Shown here: positions 56,141-64,000 of the stretch, piece by piece
How positions within the stretch are numbered: position 1 is the stretch's first letter
Layout: each line of letters opens with the position of its first letter
From: Eledone cirrhosa
Lineage: Eukaryota
Length of the DNA: 64,000 bases
Direction: 5' to 3'
Assembly: GCA_964016885.1 (NCBI GenBank)
Contig: OZ024742.1
Coordinates: 91,016,001-91,080,000 of the forward strand
Notes under the pieces: model-generated
What the model saw: the letters and a program-made list of their open reading frames with translations, nothing else
Told to the model about the DNA's origin: nothing
Database searches by the model: none
Position numbers and translations under genes: made by a program

Positions 56141-56569
56141 TTCCTATCTAGTAAACAGCCACGTGTTAATATTGATATAAATAATAGGTTAGTGTATGCA
56201 TTCATTACAGATTGATGATTGCTGATTCAGTTTTTAACTAGAAATTTTTTCGATCTTAACATATTTTATTGTCGTGAACTCACCGTTTTGTATGCTGGGC
56301 CATGTTTGTAGTGCTCAAACCTTTAGAGTGGAGAGGGGCACCCTCCTAGGATGTTCCTGTAGCGTCGTTTGGTTTAAGATTTGTGGAGGTTCTAAATTAC
56401 CCCTGGCTGGTCCCCCATATTGGGGAATTTTCATTGTTATGCATTTTGTTGTTTATTGTTATCTGTTATCTATATATCTATGTAAACCTCCAATGTCCCT
56501 ATTTTTGTATTAGTCACTTTTTGTCAGCAAATAAAATGAAATAATAATATCTACTACTATTATTGTTAT

Positions 56570-57002
56570 TGGACTGGCAGTATCGGTCGAGCGTCAGACA
56601 CTCTGCTTTGTAGCATAGAGTTACGGCCTTCTACGTTCTGAGTTCAAATCCCAACGAGGTTAGCTTTGCTACGGATCCGATAAAATAAAGTACCAGTAAT
56701 GCACTGGGTTGATTTAATCGATTTACCCCTCACCCAAATTGCTGGCCTTGTGCCTACAGTAGAAACAATTATTTTTATTATTATTATTAGATTGGCAGTA
56801 TCGATCGAGCATCAGACACTCTACTTTGCAGCATAGAGTTACGGCCCTTTACGATCTGAGTTCAAATCCTGGCGAGGAGAGCTTTGTCTTTCATCCTTAC
56901 GGGGTCAATAAAATAAAGCACCAGTAAGTACCGGGGGTCGATTTAATCGACTTTTCCCTCCTCTTCAAATTGTTGGCCTTGTACTTAAACTAGAAAGAAT
57001 TA
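56570..57002 (+). mobile_element. Two tandem dominant SINE copies
   Basis: 56570-56772 and 56790-57002 joined by (TTA)n. Confidence 0.85.
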
Positions 57003-57586
57003 TTATTATTGTTGTTATTTATTGGTATATTTACAGTTGTCTTCAGACAAGGACGCCTTAAAATGCAGACAGGCTGACTACTATTGTGTAACAATTAAGG
57101 AAATGTTGGTTTCACACATATACACTCACACACTCGTACTAACTCTAATACTTCAAACATCTCAACAAACAAGAAAGCAGGGGAAGGCACTGCACAACGT
57201 GTGAAAACAACCTTATTATTATCAAATTCATATATAAAAAAAGTACAACATGAAAGGTGGATGCTGTTTCATCTGTTGTGAATGTAGAGAGTGTGGAAGA
57301 CGAAAGAAAAGAAGAAGTAAAAACAATTATAACAATGGCGGCGACAGCTACAAGGCGGAGGAGGAGAAGGAGGAAAGGGGGAGGCGAAGACTTCAAGAAC
57401 GACAAGAAGAGAAGAATAGTGAGAAGAAATCAGGAAGCGGATGACATATTTCAAAGGATGTCGGATTGTTCTTGATTTCTCTATACGTACTGTGTACACT
57501 GTCGATATGATAGAAACAGACTGGTCTTGTTTTACTCTCAGTATAAAGAAAGAAGAAAGAGAGAGAAACTACATATTCTTCTAAGC

Positions 57587-58167
57587 CAATGTTTCTCAAC
57601 CGGTGTTCCCCGGAATACTAACGTTCGACAAAAGGGCGCTAGCTGTTCCACGAGAAACAATGATAAATAAAGCTAATACATTTTGGAATAATAATTGTTT
57701 CTACTTTTGGCACAAGGCCAGCAATTATCCTAATTCATAGCTGTTTCTTTATTTTATCGACCTCGTAAGGATGAAGGGCAAAGTTAACCTCGGAGGGATT
57801 TGAACTCAGACCGTAAAGGGGCGTGACACTATGCTGCAAAGCATGGCGTCCGACACTCTATCGATACTGCCAATCCACCGCATTTTTGAATAATAATTGT
57901 TTCTACTTTTGGCACTACATTACTGGTACTTTATTTTATCGACCCCGTAAGGATGAAAGGCAAAGTTAACCTCGGCGGGATTTGAACTCAGAGCGTAAAG
58001 GGCCGTAACTCTATACTGCAAAGCATGGCGTCCAACCCTCTACCGATACGGCCAAGCCACCGCATTTTTGAATAATAATGGCATATAATAATTTTTATGC
58101 AGGAGTTCCTTTAGACATGAAAACTATTTCAATCGTTACATAGGGGTTAAAAGGATGAGAAACTCTA
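57587..58167. mobile_element. hAT (Charlie-like) MITE with 8-bp TSD and two nested SINEs
   Basis: TIRs CAATGTTTCTCAAC / GATGAGAAACTCTA; TTCTAAGC duplicated at 57579-57586 and 58168-58175; SINEs at 57690-57881 and 57894-58062 (-). Confidence 0.85.
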
Positions 58168-58237
58168 TTCTAAGCTACATAAAAGGACACTCTTTCAAAG
58201 TTTCATACAGAAGTATCGAAACCAGAATCATGTAAAT

Positions 58238-58432
58238 AATGATTTCTACATTGACACAAGATCAGCAATTTGTGAGGAGAGGACAGACGATTATATTGAC
58301 ATCAGTACTTTAGGGTATTTTATTTTATCGACCACAGAAGGAGGAAAAGCCAAGTAAACTTTGGCGTGATTTGAACTCAGAACGTAAAGAGACAGAAAAA
58401 ATACTTCAAAGCAGTTCAGATATTCTAACGAC
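58238..58432 (-). mobile_element. Older dominant SINE copy
   Basis: TTTATTTTATCGACC and GATTTGAACTCAGAACGTAAAG. Confidence 0.7.
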
Positions 58433-58439
58433 TGTAGGG

Positions 58440-59330
58440 ATCACGTACTTCTTCTTTGGTGAACTCTACGGTCTTTACAGATTTTGATCACAAAGACTGA
58501 CCAACTGGATATATTAATGACAATGTCCCGCAAGCTCATTCATCTGAAGAAATTCCGGAATCAACTCTCAATTTGCAAAATGGGTGTAATCGCGTCTGTT
58601 TGACAATCAACATCCAGAAAAACAAAATACTTGCACAAAATACAAGCTCAATTCTTCCAGTTTTTAACATCATCATTCCCAAGATACTGCTGGAACAACT
58701 AGAACAGTTCAATACATCGTAAGCAACATCTCCACACAATGCTATTCGAAGAACAGGATCTCTCCATCGTGTCTTCGGAAACAAAATCCTCAAACCTCAA
58801 AACTCAAACCAAGTTCATGGGGGCATCGTGACGTGGTTGTTAATACCTTACTCTATATATGGTTGTGAAACGTGGACTTTGTATGTCAGTGACCTTGCAG
58901 TGCTTGAAACGGACAATGCCAACAGCATTGATACCTTCATCATCAAACAGCGCCTTTAATGTATATGTCACATCCGGCGCATGAATATTAACAGACTACA
59001 ACGTCAAACTCTACGGCGAACTCAGCATAAGCAAATGATCACGCGAATGCCCCATGTAACGTTCTAAAGACCAGATAGAACAGACAATAAAGAGCTGCAG
59101 CATGGACCCTAAATCTAGGAACAGCACACAGACGCCAGAACAACATGAAGACATCTTATCAATATCGGTGCAGAACATTTAGAAGAAAATTACTGGAGAA
59201 CTGAGGCGGATAAGAGAAGAATTCGCCAACTCGAACCAAGGATTCCACCAACCATCAGCTGTGACCTGTGTGCACAATTTTTCCTCGTAAAGAATCGGCC
59301 TTTTCAGGCATCATAAGCACCGTCATGGAT
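58440..59330 (+). mobile_element. RTE LINE RT/3' fragment, heavily decayed
   Basis: LTINIQK.K.L, LEQLEQF, LYGCETWTLY, LYGEL and a terminal CDLC....RIGLFRH.KH zinc-finger remnant. Confidence 0.75.
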
Positions 59331-60941
59331 GAGAAAACTGAAAAGAAAAATATTCAAGGAAGCGTTCTTGGGAAATGATGTAAAACAAAACAAATTTAAC
59401 AGGATCGGTGATATAAACTAGAGTTAGGTTCCTACATTATATTTTTACACGTAAACGTTTCGATAAAGAATATTTTAATATAAGTTATGCATCCACTTAA
59501 AAAAGAGGCATACAACCAGTATGATAATAATATACATAACAGAACTTGTCCAGTATTGTTTGTCCTATTCTGCATAATTCCTTATATCAGTTGCCCCAAC
59601 TGGTTATTAATGTCTTAGTTAATTTACTACTGAACTTGTCTCTCTTTTGAGATTTTTTTCGGAAAAAATGAATAGTTTTATCTAAATATTGGAATGACTC
59701 AAACAAATATCACTTCTTCATCATCATCGTCTTTGTCTTCATCAGCACTTTTCTGAATAGTTTATCATAGTTACTTGTGTCCTAGAAATGGTAAACAGCA
59801 GTTTGCCTGAGGATTAGACTCTCCTGGTGACTAAGGATAGTCATTAAATTGTTTGGAAACCTTGAAGCAGTTGCATGACATGTTACGAAGTTTTCACTTT
59901 CAACATCAGAACCCGTTCTCTTTAGGCCATCATATGAATATAACCCTTTCATTCGTAAGAAAATAGTGTACATGGAGAGCTACACTGTTGTATATCATTT
60001 TTCCATACGCTTAAAAATCTTTCCATATTTTCTATTTTTCTAGTTATATTCCTTAGTTACATGTCTAGTAGTTAAAGTTATTATACTTTCATGATTACTG
60101 CAAGATGGTCGTACAGCTGTACGCTGCAGACACGGAACACAACCAATATCTACAACTTGCTGTCCGCTGTCGAATCTACGTGACGTTTCCAATTGAGTTT
60201 TTTTGTTTCATTTTTTCTCTACTGTCTTTTTTCTTTTATAGGGGTGCTCATAAACTTCAGTGGTGCACATAAGACGTTTAGAAGTCATTGTAACCGAGAT
60301 ACGACAGGGAATAAATGTTTGCAAAACGAAAATTGCAAGGACCAGCTACAGCCACAATTCAATTAAAAATCAAATAATAACAACTGGTTTTGAATGTCAG
60401 AAGCTTCGTAGTAATTGAGTGAAAATCATTTTTGCAACAAGCTACACAGAGTTATCTTTCTTTTTCTGAGGTTGTGCGACACGTATTCTTTTGGATTATT
60501 GCCTTGTTAATTCTATTATGTTATAGTCAGAAAAAAAGTACGGATATGTTCTGTAGTATTTGTGAAACCGTAGAGGATGCTTTCTCCCATCAACAGAATG
60601 TTGTTGACACTAAATTGAGATTTTGTTTGGTGTTAGTCTTACTGTGGTATAACTAACAGTATATAAGCATCTGAGAGTGAAGATTATGGAGATTGAAGTA
60701 ACGGAAGAGAAAAACATAGTCATGATGATAGTATTTGTTTAAACATCTACTTTTCCGATGTGCTCCGCAAATGATGTGCTATGATTGACAGTGGCTATTA
60801 GATATCATGATATACGTATATACTGGTCTTTTTTATATGTACATATATAAAGTAACCTAGTATAACATATATATGTTTTTATATAGGTTGCTTTATATAT
60901 ATATACATATAAGTATATATATAACATATATATATATATAT

Positions 60942-61083
60942 AGATGAGATTCTACAGGACTAGAACTGTTTCATTCTTTAGAAATCGTCAGGAATCTGGC
61001 TTTCTATATTAAAACTTTTATACTCTGCTATGTGTTGAGTACCTTACTTATTGTGGTTACCTCCGGTTCAACCCGGAATAACT
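60942..61083. mobile_element. Inverted mini-copy of the 24281-24627 HHR family in (TA)n
   Basis: 60942-60998 equals 24358-24414 (minus-strand HHR, CTGACGA variant, 60947-60997), joined to the reverse complement of 24281-24359. Confidence 0.85.
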
Positions 61084-61087
61084 TATA

Positions 61088-61279
<192 letters not shown>

Positions 61280-61855
61280 TTGCATTATATATATTCATAT
61301 ATATATATGTATATACGAACCGAGTTGGATTGCGAGGAAAGCTCTAATGATACAAGTTAATACTATCTTTGATTTCCTCCTTTTACTGGCAATACGAAGA
61401 ATCACTCAATTTCGTATGTTGGAGAGAATAACTCTCTTTAGAATATAACCAGTTTAGCAACTGCAATAATTCGTCTATGATGACTTTACAAACATTTTAA
61501 TATAGTCGATCAATAACTTTAATCTATGGAGATAAGTCGTGCTTAAGTTAAATAAGTCGTGCTTATATGGTCAAATATCAACATACATAAATGTGCGTGT
61601 TTACACATTTATGTATGTTGACATTTTCACAGATTCATTTAAATCCCGAACTGAATTCATTATACATTTCAGTTGTTTAGTTCCTCGTGTAATATACGAT
61701 TAAATTAGTTATGAATATGAACATTAGATTTACGTGAATTAGCCAATCCAGGTAATGGCCAAGGTATTATGTAGTATGATCCGACTCAGAAGTGTTTGCA
61801 AAGCGATCTTCTTCGCCACATAACCATAGAGTATTTATATGAATGTGTGTTTGTA

Positions 61856-61917
<62 letters not shown>

Positions 61918-61921
<4 letters not shown>

Positions 61922-62126
61922 AACGAGGAGGACCCCGACGGCTGAGCTCAAGCCGTTTCGACGGCTAATTCTGGACTTAGTCTGGACTTAGTCCAGAATT
62001 AGCCGTCGAAACGGCTTGAGCTCAGCCATCGGGGTCCTACTCGTTCCTATTAGCCACTCTACTACCCTAAGTATTGAGTACTTTGGTGCGTTATGGTCCA
62101 CCTGGTTCCTTACCACATTTCCTTCG

Positions 62127-62128
<2 letters not shown>
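61918..62128. mobile_element. GC-rich fold-back element in (TA)n
   Basis: About 60-bp inverted arms around ~61985, plus a tail homologous to 23898-23960. Confidence 0.85.
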
Positions 62129-62198
<70 letters not shown>

Positions 62199-62214
62199 GT
62201 ATATATATATATAA

Positions 62215-62276
<62 letters not shown>

Positions 62277-62278
<2 letters not shown>

Positions 62279-62561
62279 GATGAAAGATTTAAGACATGAA
62301 CAAATTCATATCAGTAGACCTCATGTAGATTACGAACAGCATGATCTGAAAAAGAGTAGAGAATCTGGTAAGAAATATGCAAATTTGGGAGGTCTTAAAA
62401 GACATGAGATCCAAAAAGAGGAAAGTCCAAGAGGAATCTACAGTTGCCATGTATGCACAAGAGAATGCAAATCTTTGGCTGGTTTGAAGAGTCACATTCG
62501 TGCCTCACATTTTTGGACATTTCATCAAGCGACGGCAATACTGGAACACGAGCTTGCAGCC

Positions 62562-62564
<3 letters not shown>
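62277..62564 (+). mobile_element. RTE LINE extreme 3' end with C2H2 zinc finger, between TA tracts
   Basis: [24 protein letters not shown] followed by a short UTR GGCAATACTGGAACACGAGCTTGCAGCC. Confidence 0.7.
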
Positions 62565-62604
<40 letters not shown>

Positions 62605-62610
62605 GTACAG

Positions 62611-62728
62611 TGAGTTCAAATCCCGCCGAGGTTGACTTTGCCTTTCATCCTTACGGGGTCGATAAAATAAAGTACCAGTAACGCACTGGGTAATTGCTGG
62701 CCTTGTGCCTAAACTAGAAACAGTTATT
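62611..62728 (+). mobile_element. Dominant SINE, 5'-truncated
   Basis: GAGTTCAAATCCCGCCGAGGTTGACTTTGCCTTTCATCCTTACGGGGTCG. Confidence 0.85.
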
Positions 62729-62859
62729 TTATTCAGCGGTACCATACCAGGTACGTACGTTTCGTTAGCCCTGGAGACCAACTTGTTCAACATTTGCCTA
62801 CACACAGACGCATATCACACACAGCCCCCCCCCCCCTCCCCCACGTATACATATATATA

Positions 62860-62961
62860 GCGGTATAGCGACTTGGATCCTGCTACACTGGAGTAGTCGC
62901 AAATGTCTACCATCATAATCTTGTTAAATTTAAAAGACTAGTGCTATGCACCACAAATATA

Positions 62962-63029
<68 letters not shown>

Positions 63030-63037
63030 TATATATA

Positions 63038-63133
<96 letters not shown>

Positions 63134-63261
63134 TATATATATATATATATATATATAGGTATATTTGTGGTGCATAGCACTAGTCTTTTAAATTTCACAA
63201 GATTATGATGGTAGAAATTTGCGACTACTCCAGTGTAGCAGGATCCAAGTCGCTATACCGC
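62860..63261. repeat. 104-bp inverted duplication around a (TA)n loop
   Basis: 62860-62963 versus 63158-63261, two mismatches. Confidence 0.92.
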
Positions 63262-63500
63262 AGACACCATTTTGTAAAGAGGTTATTTTTACTTTATAGG
63301 GCTCACAAAAACTTGCTATAGAAAATACTTTGAGTAATTATCACCACCTTCAGAAGATGCCAACAAGTCTGAGGAAATGGCAAAAGATGGCATCTCATTT
63401 CGGCAGCCAATATAGACAATGGCGGTGGTTTGGGAAATAGGTATGAAACAAATGTGCGCACCCTCGCACATACAGACATACACACATACAGACACACACA

Positions 63501-63562
<62 letters not shown>

Positions 63563-63606
63563 ATGTGTATATGTCTGTGTTTATATATATATATATATAT
63601 ATATGA

Positions 63607-63653
<47 letters not shown>

Positions 63654-64000
63654 CAGAAATTAAATTCCTGTAAAAACCAATCTGAGCTTTGTCGATTTAT
63701 GTCACTCTTATATCATTCTTACCATGCCTTCGTCACTTGAGACAGCTGATAACTCTCACTTCTAACGTTTCTTATTTTTTTGTATTTAGAAATTTATATA
63801 AAAGTGGGGAAACAGACTAAACAGTTTCTACCAAATAGTTATAAGACAGGCTGATGCAAAAATGAGGAGAGGTATGGAGTTATTGACAAGAACGTGAAGC
63901 AAACAAAATCAAATAGTACGTACTCGACTATTCAACATTGCTAAAAATCAAAAGCATTTAACTACTATTACGACTATTACTACTACAGCTATTCCACTAC

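Overview
AT-rich, microsatellite-saturated eukaryotic DNA, non-genic or intronic. The SINE families and simple-repeat load resemble coleoid cephalopod (octopus-like) genomes; this is an inference. No intact host gene is visible, and nearly all ORF-track entries are microsatellite translations. Coding remnants are all retroelements: a decayed near full-length Penelope-like element (PLE; RT + GIY-YIG, 37334-42210, minus), a young 5'-truncated PLE with an inverted pseudo-LTR (21641-22994), several RTE LINE pieces, and an R4/Dong-like restriction-like-endonuclease fragment. There are also about 20 tRNA-derived SINEs and hAT and Tc1/mariner MITEs. The main signal is about 16 hand-foldable type I hammerhead ribozyme (HHR) motifs from roughly 8-9 unrelated short non-coding element families, nearly all inserted in (TA)n tracts and many with fold-back (palindromic) architecture. 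One is a ~475-bp x3 tandem array with one minimal HHR per unit, plus a diverged copy whose stem I still pairs. Another is a ~307-bp HHR monomer with a U3-A8 core variant. These look like a cephalopod retrozyme / non-autonomous PLE system that targets TA microsatellites. All folds were read by eye and are unvalidated.
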